A DNA stretch of 63,445 nucleotides, counting the filler. It is 6 parts of 6 records of this genome, joined end to end, with 100 filler letters (N's around TTAATTAATTAA, not from the genome) between each part and the next. Parts side by side here need not be neighbours in the genome. Positions count along the whole stretch, not along the records: positions 6,977 to 17,373 come from SRR20825010_4168; positions 17,474 to 27,003 come from SRR20825010_4170; 4 more parts are not named here. One strand, given 5' to 3'. The translations under genes were made by a program, and so were the position numbers. The notes under the pieces are model-generated. The model was not told the origin of the DNA. It was given only the letters and a program-made list of their open reading frames with translations, and ran no database searches. Of the stretch, positions 8,980 through 19,394 are shown in pieces (within the stretch, counting starts at the first letter, position 1; each line of letters begins with the position of its first letter).

Positions 8980-10201
8980 TCGGGACGTTTGGCAAGAAAT
9001 ATTCAACACGCTTAAGACCAATAAACTGAGAACCTTTTTAACGGGGTTTTCCGTGGGGTGGGCCATCTTCATTTTGGTGATGCTTTTAGCTTCGGTTAAT
9101 GGAATGCAAAATGGTTTTGTCGGCCAGTTCAACGATGATGCCACCAATTCCATTTTCGTTCGTACGGGAACCACGGCCAAAGCCTATGGTGGTTTTGAGG
9201 CGGGCAGACGCGTTCAGTTAAAGAACGATGATCTCGAATATATCAAGCAAAGTTTTCCGAAAGACATCGAATATATAAGTGCCAGGTACTACTCCAATAC
9301 AATAGCGAGGTACAAAGAGGAAACAGGGTCTTATTCCGTTCAGGCCACCCATCCGGACCATCAGGCCATAGAGAAAACCCTAGTGGTCGCCGGAAGGTAT
9401 ATCAACGAAGCGGACATTGTCAACAAGGCAAAGGTGGCGGTAATCGGAAGAAAGGTAGCAGAAGACCTCTTCAAAAACGAGGATGCACTGGGGAAATTTG
9501 TGGAATTCAACGGCTTGCCTTTTCGGGTGATCGGAATCTTTACCGATGATGGTGACGATAACGCAGAAAGAAGAATTTATGCCCCCATAAGCACCTACCA
9601 GCGCATTTATGGGAACACCAACGAAATTGCCAGTATCGCATTGACCTACAATCCCAATTATGATTTGACCGAGGCTTTGGAATTTTCCGAGCGATTGGAA
9701 ATTTTGATGAAGCGAAGGCACAAAATAGCTCCCGATGACCAAGCTGGACTAAATGTATGGAACTATGCCGAAGCGTTCAATGATATCAGCAGTTTTACCG
9801 CAGTATTGAAAGGAATTGGTATCGGAGTCGGCTTTTTGATATTGATAGCTGGAATCGTGGGTATCGGAAACATTATGGTGTTCACCATTAAAGAGCGAAC
9901 CAAGGAAATTGGGGTGCGGAAGGCATTGGGTGCTAGACCAATACAGATTGTGAACCTAGTGCTGTTGGAATCCGTGTTCATAACGGCCATTTCTGGTTTT
10001 GTTGGATTATTGTTCGCTTGGATGATATTGGCCGCCATTGGCCCCATGATCGAGACACCGGCGTTCAGTAATCCTTCGGTAAGCCTTTCCGTAGTGGTCA
10101 CGGCCACTATAATATTGATTATTGCAGGCGTGTTGGCAGGTTTGTTGCCGGCCATGAAAGCTGCAAATGTAAAACCCATTGTAGCACTAAGCGATAAATA
10201 G
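8972..10201 (+). CDS. MacB/FtsX-type ABC permease
   Basis: TM1, large periplasmic domain, then 3 TM. KERTKEIGVRKALGA motif. Confidence 0.93.
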   Translation: MFDRDVWQEIFNTLKTNKLRTFLTGFSVGWAIFILVMLLASVNGMQNGFVGQFNDDATNSIFVRTGTTAKAYGGFEAGRRVQLKNDDLEYIKQSFPKDIEYISARYYSNTIARYKEETGSYSVQATHPDHQAIEKTLVVAGRYINEADIVNKAKVAVIGRKVAEDLFKNEDALGKFVEFNGLPFRVIGIFTDDGDDNAERRIYAPISTYQRIYGNTNEIASIALTYNPNYDLTEALEFSERLEILMKRRHKIAPDDQAGLNVWNYAEAFNDISSFTAVLKGIGIGVGFLILIAGIVGIGNIMVFTIKERTKEIGVRKALGARPIQIVNLVLLESVFITAISGFVGLLFAWMILAAIGPMIETPAFSNPSVSLSVVVTATIILIIAGVLAGLLPAMKAANVKPIVALSDK

Positions 10202-10203
10202 TT

Positions 10204-11460
10204 ATGTGGTTATTTGATAGAGATTTGTGGATAGAAATTTTTCATACCCTGGGCAAGAACATGTTCAGGACTTTCCTGACCATGCTTGGGGTAATCTTTG
10301 CCATGATTATTTTGGTGCTGTTGCTTGGGTCTGCCAACGGTATGAGCAACGGGTTCAATAAAATATTTGCGGGAACAGCTTCCAATAGCCTGTTCGTTTG
10401 GGGACAATCAACATCGGAACCTTATAAAGGTTTTGAACGGGGAAGAAGAATCAATTACAAACTGGAAGATGCGGAAATCCTAAAAAGACAAATTCCAGAA
10501 ATTGAAGTGCTTGCTCCACGAATTGAGCTTGCAAACCATAGAGGTACAGTAAGCGTGTACAGAAACGGACAGACGAGTGGTTCTGCCGTCTATGGGGATT
10601 TTCCCGAAATAGATAATATCACCAAAAAGAAATTGGTGGAAGGTAGGTTCCTGAACCAAACCGATATTGATGACTCCAAAAAAGTTTGCGTAATCGGTGA
10701 GGAGACGTATAAGCTTCTATTTGAAAAAGGTGAGAAGGCCATGGGGCAGGAAATCCGTATCAACGGAGTGTATTTTACCGTTGTGGGAATATACAAGCCC
10801 AACAACAATATCAACATTGATGGAGAGAATGCAGTATTCATTCCGTTCAGTACTTTTCAAAAAGCGTTCAATTCAGGTGATAGAATGGGGTGGATGGCCA
10901 TTGCAGTGGAAGAGAACACACCCGTACCTTTCGTGGAAAGCCAGATCAAGAGTATCCTAAAGACCAAATACGATATCCATCCGGATGATGAACGTGCCAT
11001 CGGCAGTTTTGATATGTCGGAGATATTCAACAACATTACGGCATTTACCACGGTGCTGCAAGGATTCTCCTTCTTTGTGGGGATCTTTACCCTGCTGGCC
11101 GGTGTCATCGCAATTAGTAATATCCTTTTGATCACCGTAAAGGAACGTACGCAGGAAATCGGGGTGCGACGCGCACTTGGGGCAACCCCCGTAATCGTAA
11201 AACGACAAATCGTGGTCGAGGCCATAGTATTGACCGCTTTTGCCGGATTGGTAGGATTTGCAGTTGCAGTGGGGATATTATCCATTATGAATGCCATGTG
11301 GGGCAGTGGGGATAATTTCCCATTTGTGAAGCCCATGATCAGTATTCCACAGTTTGTCGTATCCTTTATTTTAATGGTGGGACTAAGCGTGTTAATTGGT
11401 TTATTGCCCGCAAACCGTGCCGTTAGGATCAAACCTATCGACGCATTAAGAGAAGAATAA
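10204..11460 (+). CDS. MacB/FtsX-type ABC permease
   Basis: Same architecture as the upstream permease. KERTQEIGVRRALGA motif. Confidence 0.93.
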   Translation: MWLFDRDLWIEIFHTLGKNMFRTFLTMLGVIFAMIILVLLLGSANGMSNGFNKIFAGTASNSLFVWGQSTSEPYKGFERGRRINYKLEDAEILKRQIPEIEVLAPRIELANHRGTVSVYRNGQTSGSAVYGDFPEIDNITKKKLVEGRFLNQTDIDDSKKVCVIGEETYKLLFEKGEKAMGQEIRINGVYFTVVGIYKPNNNINIDGENAVFIPFSTFQKAFNSGDRMGWMAIAVEENTPVPFVESQIKSILKTKYDIHPDDERAIGSFDMSEIFNNITAFTTVLQGFSFFVGIFTLLAGVIAISNILLITVKERTQEIGVRRALGATPVIVKRQIVVEAIVLTAFAGLVGFAVAVGILSIMNAMWGSGDNFPFVKPMISIPQFVVSFILMVGLSVLIGLLPANRAVRIKPIDALREE

Positions 11461-11498
11461 TCATCAATACAATTAAATAACGAATCAAATAAGCAAGA

Positions 11499-12617
11499 AT
11501 GAACAAGTATGTAAAATACGGATTGATAGGGGTAGTGGTCATTGGTATTTTGGCCGCTGTAGTCTACTTTTTAAAGCAGAACAGTACTCCTGTAGAGCTG
11601 TATAAAACCGAAACAGCAGAACGAAAGGACATCGTAAATAAAGTAATCGTTACCGGAAAGGTGATACCTGAGGACGAGATCAACATCAAGCCTCAAATTT
11701 CCGGGATCATTGATAAGATCATGCTCGAAGAAGGGGTCCGTGTAGAGTCTGGAGACCTTATTGCAGTGATCAAGGTGGTTCCGAACGAGCAATCCTTGAA
11801 CCAGGCAGCTGGCCGTGTACGCAATGCCGAGCTGGCGCTGAGCAATGCCAAATTGGAATATGATAGGAACAAGACCTTGTTCGATAAGGGGGTAATCTCC
11901 AATCAGGACTATAACAACCTTAAGTTGACCTACGAACAGGCAATGCAAGAATTGAAAAATGCCCAGGCCGATTATCAGATTATTAGAAAAGGATCGGCAG
12001 GAGGTTCATCCAGTGCCAATACCAATATTAGGGCAACGGTATCGGGGACCATTCTTGAAATTCCCGTAAAAGAAGGTGATCAGGTTATCCAGAGTAACAA
12101 CTTTAACGAAGGTACCACCATCGCCACGATTGCGGATATGTCCAAAATGATCTTCGAAGGTGAAGTGGACGAGGCGGAAGTTGGAAAACTGAGCGTGGGT
12201 ATGCCTTTGGAAATAAGTCTTGGGGCCTTGGAAGAGCAAAGGTTTGATGCCAAACTAAAGTTCATCGCACCAAAAGGTGTTGAGGAAGAAGGTGCCGTGC
12301 AGTTTAAGATCGAAGGTGACTTGGATGTAAAAGCGAGCGACAGTACTTCGTACGTTAGGGCAGGGTACAGTGCCAACGCTTCCATTGTATTGGAAGAAAA
12401 GAAAGATGTTTTGGCAATCAAAGAAGCGTTGCTTCAGTTTGACAAGGACACGGAAAAGCCATATGTGGAAGTGCAGACAGGTGAAAATGAATTCGAGCGC
12501 AGAGATCTTGAATTGGGTGTTAGCGACGGTATAGACGTGGAGATTGTTTCGGGTATTGATGAAGATGATAAAATCAAGGTTTGGAACAAGTTGGAAAAAA
12601 GATCTGACGAAAACTAA
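11499..12617 (+). CDS. Efflux periplasmic adaptor (MacA/HlyD family), paralogue of 7069-8169
   Basis: Shares IRATVSG, FNEGTTIA, RAGxSANASI and ELGVSDGI blocks with 7069-8169. Confidence 0.92.
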   Translation: MNKYVKYGLIGVVVIGILAAVVYFLKQNSTPVELYKTETAERKDIVNKVIVTGKVIPEDEINIKPQISGIIDKIMLEEGVRVESGDLIAVIKVVPNEQSLNQAAGRVRNAELALSNAKLEYDRNKTLFDKGVISNQDYNNLKLTYEQAMQELKNAQADYQIIRKGSAGGSSSANTNIRATVSGTILEIPVKEGDQVIQSNNFNEGTTIATIADMSKMIFEGEVDEAEVGKLSVGMPLEISLGALEEQRFDAKLKFIAPKGVEEEGAVQFKIEGDLDVKASDSTSYVRAGYSANASIVLEEKKDVLAIKEALLQFDKDTEKPYVEVQTGENEFERRDLELGVSDGIDVEIVSGIDEDDKIKVWNKLEKRSDEN

Positions 12618-12659
12618 TCCGTACTAAACCATCATTAATAAATCAAAATCGAAAAACGA

Positions 12660-14009
12660 ATGAAAAATAGCATAACCATATTACTTGCGTTGTTCGCTGT
12701 CACCTTGTCGAGTGCACAGGTGCGACAATGGACGCTCCAGGAATGTGTGGAATACGCAGTAGAAAACAACTTGACCGTAGAACAATTTGAACTGGATCTT
12801 GAAAACGCAAAAATCGATAAGTCCGATGCTGTTGGAAACATGCTTCCAAGTTTAAACGGAACAATGTCAGCTTCGAGCAACACGGGTTTTTCCATTAATC
12901 CAACAAATAACTTGCCGACCAACAGTACGGCCAATAACGTGAACATTAGTGCTACATCCAGCATTACACTTTTTGATGGGTTAAGGAACATCAACCAATT
13001 GCATAGGGCCAAAATGAACGCGATTGCGAACCAATATCGTTTGGATAATTTAAAGGATGATATCCGTTTGAATGTTGCCAACGCTTATTTACAAGTGGTG
13101 TCCAATAAGGAACAGCTTAAAACCTTCAGGGCGCAATATACTGTTACCGAACAGGATTTGAAGCGTACTAAGGAATTGGTGGAATCCGGTGTGGTTCCCA
13201 GAGGGGACCTGTTGGAAATCGAGGCCACGGCCGCCAATCAAGAACAACAAATCGAGAATGGCGAGAGCAATGTTCTGATTTCTCGTATCAATCTAGCACA
13301 ATTGCTTCAAATTACCGATTATGAGAACTTTGATATAGCGGAAGAGGAGTTTGATATTCCTCCATCCGATATTCTGGATAATTCACCTAAGGTGATTTTT
13401 GATAAGGCGATGACCTTTAGAAACGACATCAAATTTTCCGAATCCAATGTGGAGTTGGCCGAACAAGATGTTAAAATTACAAAAGGGGCCTATTTGCCAA
13501 CGTTGTCTGCCTTCTTCCAGTACGGAACAAGATATTCTGATGTAACTCAAATCCCTGATGGAAATGGAGTACCCTATACGCCTAGTTTAACAGATCAGTT
13601 ATGGATTTTTGATGGTATCAGTTATGGGGCACAGTTGAACATCCCTATTTTTAATGGATGGAGCACACGCAACAATGTTACGCGTTCACAAATCAGCCTG
13701 GAAAAGGCCAAACTTCAACTGGAGCAGGATAAATTGGATTTGGAAAATACCATTCAGCAGGCCTATGTAGATGTAAATACGTTTGAAAAGGCCTATGCAG
13801 CGGCCGAAAAAACATTGGAGGCCAGGACTTTGGCTTATGACTATGCCAAGGAACGTTACGATGTTGGTTTGATGAACGCTTTTGATTTTAGCCAGGCGCA
13901 AGCCAGGGTGGAGAATGCACAGGCAGATGTGATCCGTACCAAATATGATTATATCTTCCGATTGAAAATATTGGAGTTCTACTTTGGTATACCCATTTCA
14001 TTAAACTAG
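12660..14009 (+). CDS. TolC-family outer membrane efflux protein
   Basis: Signal peptide, WTLQECVEYAVENN, LP-x-L repeats, LNIPIFNG and ERYDVG. Confidence 0.92.
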   Translation: MKNSITILLALFAVTLSSAQVRQWTLQECVEYAVENNLTVEQFELDLENAKIDKSDAVGNMLPSLNGTMSASSNTGFSINPTNNLPTNSTANNVNISATSSITLFDGLRNINQLHRAKMNAIANQYRLDNLKDDIRLNVANAYLQVVSNKEQLKTFRAQYTVTEQDLKRTKELVESGVVPRGDLLEIEATAANQEQQIENGESNVLISRINLAQLLQITDYENFDIAEEEFDIPPSDILDNSPKVIFDKAMTFRNDIKFSESNVELAEQDVKITKGAYLPTLSAFFQYGTRYSDVTQIPDGNGVPYTPSLTDQLWIFDGISYGAQLNIPIFNGWSTRNNVTRSQISLEKAKLQLEQDKLDLENTIQQAYVDVNTFEKAYAAAEKTLEARTLAYDYAKERYDVGLMNAFDFSQAQARVENAQADVIRTKYDYIFRLKILEFYFGIPISLN

Positions 14010-14017
14010 TATCTTTG
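14010..14017 (+). promoter_or_regulatory. Bacteroidota sigma-A -7 element (TATCTTTG) for tsaB
   Basis: Matches TAnnTTTG. The same motif lies upstream of other genes at 22985-22992(+), 22943-22950(-), 24991-24998(-), 26631-26638(-), 26732-26739(+), 28097-28104(-), 28137-28144(+) and 34698-34705(+). Confidence 0.7.
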
Positions 14018-14025
14018 TGGCCGCT

Positions 14026-14706
14026 ATGGCCACAATACTACATTTAGAAACAGCTACGACCAATTGCTCCGTGAGCATTGCAAAGGACGGCGAGATGCTT
14101 GTCCTAAAAGAGAACAACGCCGCGAACTATTCGCATTCGGAACAATTGCACATATTTATAAAAGAAGTCTTGGAAGAGGCTTCTTTGTCGTTTTCGGACC
14201 TTGATGCCGTTGCCATCAGCAAGGGACCGGGTTCATATACAGGGCTCCGTATCGGGGTGTCTTCTGCAAAAGGGTTATGTTTTTCACTCGAAATTCCTTT
14301 GATATCGGTGCCTACTTTGCAGAGCATGGCGTATCAAGTGGATGTAAAACCGGGGGAGTTAGTGATTCCAGTGTTGGATGCAAGACGCATGGAAGTGTAT
14401 TCCTGTGTCTACGATGCTTCTTATAAAGAGGTTCGTGAGACCCGGGCTGAAATCATCGAGGAAGCCTCTTTCGCTGAATATGTATCAGATAGTAAGGTAT
14501 ATGTTATTGGTAGTGGGGCTGAAAAAATTAGGGGTGCCCTAGGGCACCCCAACTTTATTTTTGATGAATCATTGGTTCCTTCAGCAAAGGATATGATTCG
14601 TATTGCTTTTGAAAAATATCAATCCAACGAATTTGAGGATGTGGCCTATTTTGAGCCTTATTACCTCAAGGACTTTGTGCTCCAGCAAAAAAAGAAGAAA
14701 AATTAA
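14026..14706 (+). CDS. tsaB: tRNA threonylcarbamoyladenosine biosynthesis protein TsaB
   Basis: ILHLETAT, HSEQL, GPGSYTGLRIG and DARRMEVY. ATG at 14026 preferred to the track's GTG at 14017. Confidence 0.95.
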   Translation: MATILHLETATTNCSVSIAKDGEMLVLKENNAANYSHSEQLHIFIKEVLEEASLSFSDLDAVAISKGPGSYTGLRIGVSSAKGLCFSLEIPLISVPTLQSMAYQVDVKPGELVIPVLDARRMEVYSCVYDASYKEVRETRAEIIEEASFAEYVSDSKVYVIGSGAEKIRGALGHPNFIFDESLVPSAKDMIRIAFEKYQSNEFEDVAYFEPYYLKDFVLQQKKKKN

Positions 14707-15530
14707 TCTTCCAATACTTTGTGCATAACCCTTTGTGGGAACGGAATCTCGATTCCTGCGTCATCAAAGCGTAATTTGGTCTGTTCTATTACATAAAAGT
14801 GTGCGGGCCAAAATACATCGTTGTTCGCCCAAAAGCGCAATGTAAGGTTCACCGAGCTATCTGCCAAGGCCCCAACGTATACTTCCGGAGCTGGTTCAGT
14901 GTTTATATTTGGATTATCGGCACAGATCTGTAGAAGAATCTCCTTGGCCTCTTTAATGTTTGAACCATATCCAATGCCGACATCAATCTTATCCCGGCGG
15001 GTATTTTCCATATTGTAGTTGATGATATTTCCATTGGACAATTGTCCATTGGGTATAATGGCGATTTGATTACCAAAAGTGCTCAATTTTGTATTGAAGA
15101 TTGAAATTTCTTTTACCGAACCATCAACCCCTTGAGCAGAAATCCAGTCCCCGACTTTAAAGGGTTTAAAAATTAAGATAAGGACACCGCCAGCAAAATT
15201 GGCAAGAGACCCTTGAAGTGCCAAACCAATGGCCAAACCAGCGGCACCTATTATGGCTACCAAAGATGAGGTTTTGACTCCCAATTGGGTGACCACAAGC
15301 ACAAAGAGCATAATCTTGAGTGCAATGCTTATGAAACTTTGCATAAAAGACTCCAAAGTTTCATCGTATTCCTTTTTGGCAAAAAACTTTCTCACCATTT
15401 TATTGAACAGCTTAATAATCCAAAGCCCAACAAAAAATATGACAATGGCCAAAAGTATATTGGGTATAACTCCAAAAGCCCATTCAATGGCCTGATCAAC
15501 GTATTCTTGGTAATTTTCTAGTTCCTTCAT
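14703..15530 (-). CDS. mscS: Small-conductance mechanosensitive channel
   Basis: GAAGLAIGLALQGSLANFAGG, PFKVGD and IEIPFPQR. Confidence 0.93.
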   Translation of the reverse strand: MKELENYQEYVDQAIEWAFGVIPNILLAIVIFFVGLWIIKLFNKMVRKFFAKKEYDETLESFMQSFISIALKIMLFVLVVTQLGVKTSSLVAIIGAAGLAIGLALQGSLANFAGGVLILIFKPFKVGDWISAQGVDGSVKEISIFNTKLSTFGNQIAIIPNGQLSNGNIINYNMENTRRDKIDVGIGYGSNIKEAKEILLQICADNPNINTEPAPEVYVGALADSSVNLTLRFWANNDVFWPAHFYVIEQTKLRFDDAGIEIPFPQRVMHKVLED

Positions 15531-15620
15531 AATAGCTTTTTAGTTTAATTGGCAACGTAGTTAATATTCAAATAATAAAAAAGAAAAGGTTTTTAAACAA
15601 ATGTTAATGTTAAGGGATGT

Positions 15621-17373
15621 TTACAATTGTTCCAAGGCTTCCTTAGCTGTACTGACAGGGAGTTTGCAAGCTCCTTCTTGACATATATATACTAAGGTTT
15701 TACCCGGTACTTTCCTGTTTTTCAACAAATCAAGATTACCATTTTTTTTGGAACCAGCTAAAATACTATTGGGCAGGTACACTTTGCTAATTTGTTGTGC
15801 CATGTCCCTATAGTCATCACCTATTATGGCGACCTCATAGAAATTTTTGTTGTTGAACAGTACCAAATGCAACCAATTGGAAAAACCTTGTGCTCTTCTA
15901 TCAAAATCCTTTTGAACGTTTTTGAGCATTTGGTTTGATGTTTCCCCATAACCTTCACTTGGAAACAGCTTGTCGAATTTATATAGATTGATGGCCATCA
16001 TGGAATTGGAGGAGGAGATCACGTTGTCATCCACTTCTATGGTCCTCCGTATCAAGGATTGGTCTTGGTCCGAAGTATAAAAGAACATTCCTGATGCATC
16101 ATCAAAAAAGTGTTTTTGGGCATAATCTAGTAGGTTTTTGGCGCTGTTGAGCCATTTTTTATCAAAAGTTACTTCGTAAAGTGCAAAATAAGCATCGATT
16201 ACAGTGGCATAATCATCCAAAAACGCATTGATGGTACTTTTACCATTTTTGTGGTTTCGGTAGAGTGAACCATCATTTTTTATAAGTTCCTGTTCAATGA
16301 ATTCAGCATTTTTTAGAGCAAGGTCCAAGTATGCATCATTTTCCAGATAACGATAGGCATCTACCAGTCCTTTCAGCATTAGCCCGTTCCAAGAAGTCAG
16401 GATTTTATCGTCCAAACGTGGGCGTGGACGCTTGCTTCTTTCATTTTTAAGTTTGCTTAAGCTTTTTCTTATGGTTTTCCTTAGCGTTTCAATATCAATG
16501 TCAAAGCTCTTGGCTATCTCTTCATCACTCTTGTCTCGGATGAGTACATAATTCTCTTCTTCCCAATGTCCGTAAGAATTAATGTTGAAATATTCTTGGA
16601 ATATCTTATAATCATCTTCTAATAAATTGATAAGTTGTTCCTCTGTCCAAATGTAATAGGCGCCTTCCTCCAAGTTTCCATGTTCATCTAAGCTGTCCGC
16701 ATCCAAAGAGGAATAGAACCCTCCACTCTTGTCCAAAAGTTCATCTTTCACAAAAGCAATTGTTTCAGCAATAACATCTTTGTACAGGTCATTTTTTGTA
16801 ACGGCATAGGCTTTGGCATATAGACTTGTCAATTGACCATTATCGTACAACATTTTCTCAAAGTGGGGAACATGCCATTTCACATCAACGGCATATCGCG
16901 AAAATCCTCCGCCCACATGGTCATAAACGCCTCCGTAGGCCATTCTGGTAAGTGTAGTGTCCACAAACTCCATGATCTCCGGTTTGTCCATTGTAGTGGC
17001 ATAGTGTAACAAAAAGTCCCAATTGTTGGGCATCATAAACTTTGGGGCACGCTTATGTCCACCCAAAAAAGTGTCGAAGTACTGCGTCCAGTTTTGAACG
17101 GCACTATCCAGCTGCTCCAAGGAATAGAGTTCACTGTCCACATTGTTTTCTACCAAGTTGATGGTCTGTAGTCCATTCGCTAGGTCCTTGGCATAGTCCG
17201 TTACCCGTTGCTTATCGTTTTTATAAAGTTCGGCCAGTTGTTCCAGAGACTTTATCCAATTGTCTTTTGGGACGTAGGTTGCTCCCCAAAAAGGCCGGCC
17301 ATCGGGCAAGGCAACAATATTGAGCGGCCACCCTCCTTGTCCTGATATCATCTGGATGGCATCCATGTAAATC
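15621..17373 (-). CDS. YyaL/SPATA20-like thioredoxin-domain protein (5' truncated)
   Basis: GGWPLN, GGGFSRYAVD, PHFEKMLYDN, DDKILTSWNGLM and C-terminal YICQEGACKLP. Confidence 0.9.
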
Positions 17374-17473
17374 NNNNNNNNNNNNNNNNNNNNNNNNNNN
17401 NNNNNNNNNNNNNNNNNTTAATTAATTAANNNNNNNNNNNNNNNNNNNNNNNNNNNNNNNNNNNNNNNNNNNN
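17374..17473. other. Artificial contig linker
   Basis: 44 N + TTAATTAATTAA + 44 N. Confidence 0.99.
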
Positions 17474-19394
17474 GCAGTTTAAACATCCAGAAATTCTTTG
17501 GGCACTTTTTCTTCTAATCATACCCATTTTAATTCATTTATTTCAATTAAGACGCTTTACTAAAACTCCTTTTACCAATGTGGCGATGCTACAAAAGGTA
17601 GTTTTGGAATCAAGAAAAAGTAACACCTTAAAAAAGTGGTTGTTGTTGATAACCCGATTATTGTTGCTCGCGGCCATCATCATAGCTTTTGCCCAGCCGT
17701 TTACCTCCGCAAATACGGCTCTTCAGGAAAAAGAGACCGTAGTGTATCTCGACGATTCCTTTAGTATGCAGGCCAAAAACAATGGTATTTCGCTTTTGGA
17801 AAAAGCTGTACAGGACTTCATTAAAAATATTGGAGCAGATACAGAATTCAGTCTGTTTACCAACGAAAAAACCTTTAGCAATGTAAGGGTTTCCGATATC
17901 CAGAACTCATTATTATCATTGACTTTCTCGCACAAGCAATTGAATCTGAACGAAATTGGTCTTAAGGCCAATACTTTATTTTCACAAAATCAGGGTACGG
18001 TAAAAAACCTGATTGTAATCTCCGATTTTCAAGAAAGAATATCCGTAGCAAACCCCGAATTGGATTCTAGGCTGCAAGTTCATTTTGTTCCTCTGCAAGC
18101 GCGAGAGCTCCAAAACATATCCATTGATTCCGTTTTTGTTGATGACGCCCTGAACGACCAATCTACATTAAAAGTATTCTTGACGGGCGGTAACGAGGAT
18201 GAGGCCCTGCCCATTTCACTTTATAATGACAATGAACTGATAGCAAAAACAGCAGCAAAATTTAAATCGAACGGTGACGGTGAAGTCGAATTTACCATTC
18301 TAACGAATGAAGCGCTGAACGGACGCTTAAGTATTATTGATAATTCTTTGGGGTACGACAATCGTTTTTATTTTAATATCAATTCCAAAGAAAAAATAAA
18401 GGTGCTGGCCATCAGCGCATCGGATAGTGATTATTTGAACCGCTTATTCCGTGGCAATGAGTTCGATTTCCAGAAATATAGACTGAATCAATTGGACTAT
18501 AGTAGTTTGGGAGATCAGAATGTGGTGATTTTAGATGCTCAATTGTCAATCCCGACCAGTCTTCAGAATATACTGCGTACATTTAAAAATGATGGGGGTA
18601 CTTTGATTATTGTTCCATCAAAGAACAGTGACATTTCATCGTACAACAGTTTATTGTCAAGTTTATCTAGCACGCAATTTCAAGAAAAAGTAGTGGCCGA
18701 TGTGCAATTAACCTCTATAACCTTTGAGCATCCATTGTACCGCAATGTTTTTGAGAAAGAGGTTACCAATTTTCAATACCCATCGGTAAAGGAATATTTC
18801 AAAATACAGACCAGTCTACCTACTGCGTTGTCTTTGAGCGGTGGCAATCCATTTTTGGTCGGGGACAATGGATTGTATGTGTTTACAGTGCCGTTGGAAT
18901 TAGAAAATTCAAATTTTATCAACTCCCCATTGATTGTGCCTACATTTTACAATATGGCACAATCCAGTTTGCAAATGCCACAGACTTATCAAACCCTTGG
19001 CAAATCCAACACAGTGGATATTCCGGCGGAAATCGGAAATGATGATATTTTAAAGGTTGCTAAAGATGGTTATGAGTTTATCCCTCTGCAGCAGATATTC
19101 CCACATCGGGTCCGTGTTTCTTTTGATCAAAACCCTACGGAAGATGGAATTTACTCCGTACTCCAAAATCAACAAGTTTTACAAAATATAAGTTTTAATT
19201 ATCCGCGGACCGAAAGTCAGCTCAAATATCTGGATGTCGGTTCGTTGGAAAATATGAATTCCATGGATTCCGTTCCGGAGCTGTTCGAATATCTAGAAGC
19301 GGAGAACAACATTACAGCTTATTGGAAATGGTTTGTTATTTTAGCGTTGCTTCTGGCGCTGATAGAGGTACTCATTCAAAAAATTGTTACATGA
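17474..19394 (+). CDS. BatA-domain / vWA-like membrane-anchored protein (start codon clipped)
   Basis: The contig starts at the G of a presumed ATG: (M)QFKHPEILWALFLLIIPILIHLF (BatA double-TM). YLDDSFSM vWA-like motif and a C-terminal TM. Confidence 0.85.

Noticed and set aside
5246..14009. Apparent metal-resistance island (copA next to MacAB-TolC) and GC shifts suggesting horizontal transfer
   Set aside because: The genes lie on different contigs from different phyla, and the GC jumps coincide with the linkers.
15621..17473. Truncated genes (copA, yyaL-like, batA-like, uvrA, RND permease, leuS, miaB) as pseudogenes
   Set aside because: All truncations coincide with contig or window edges.
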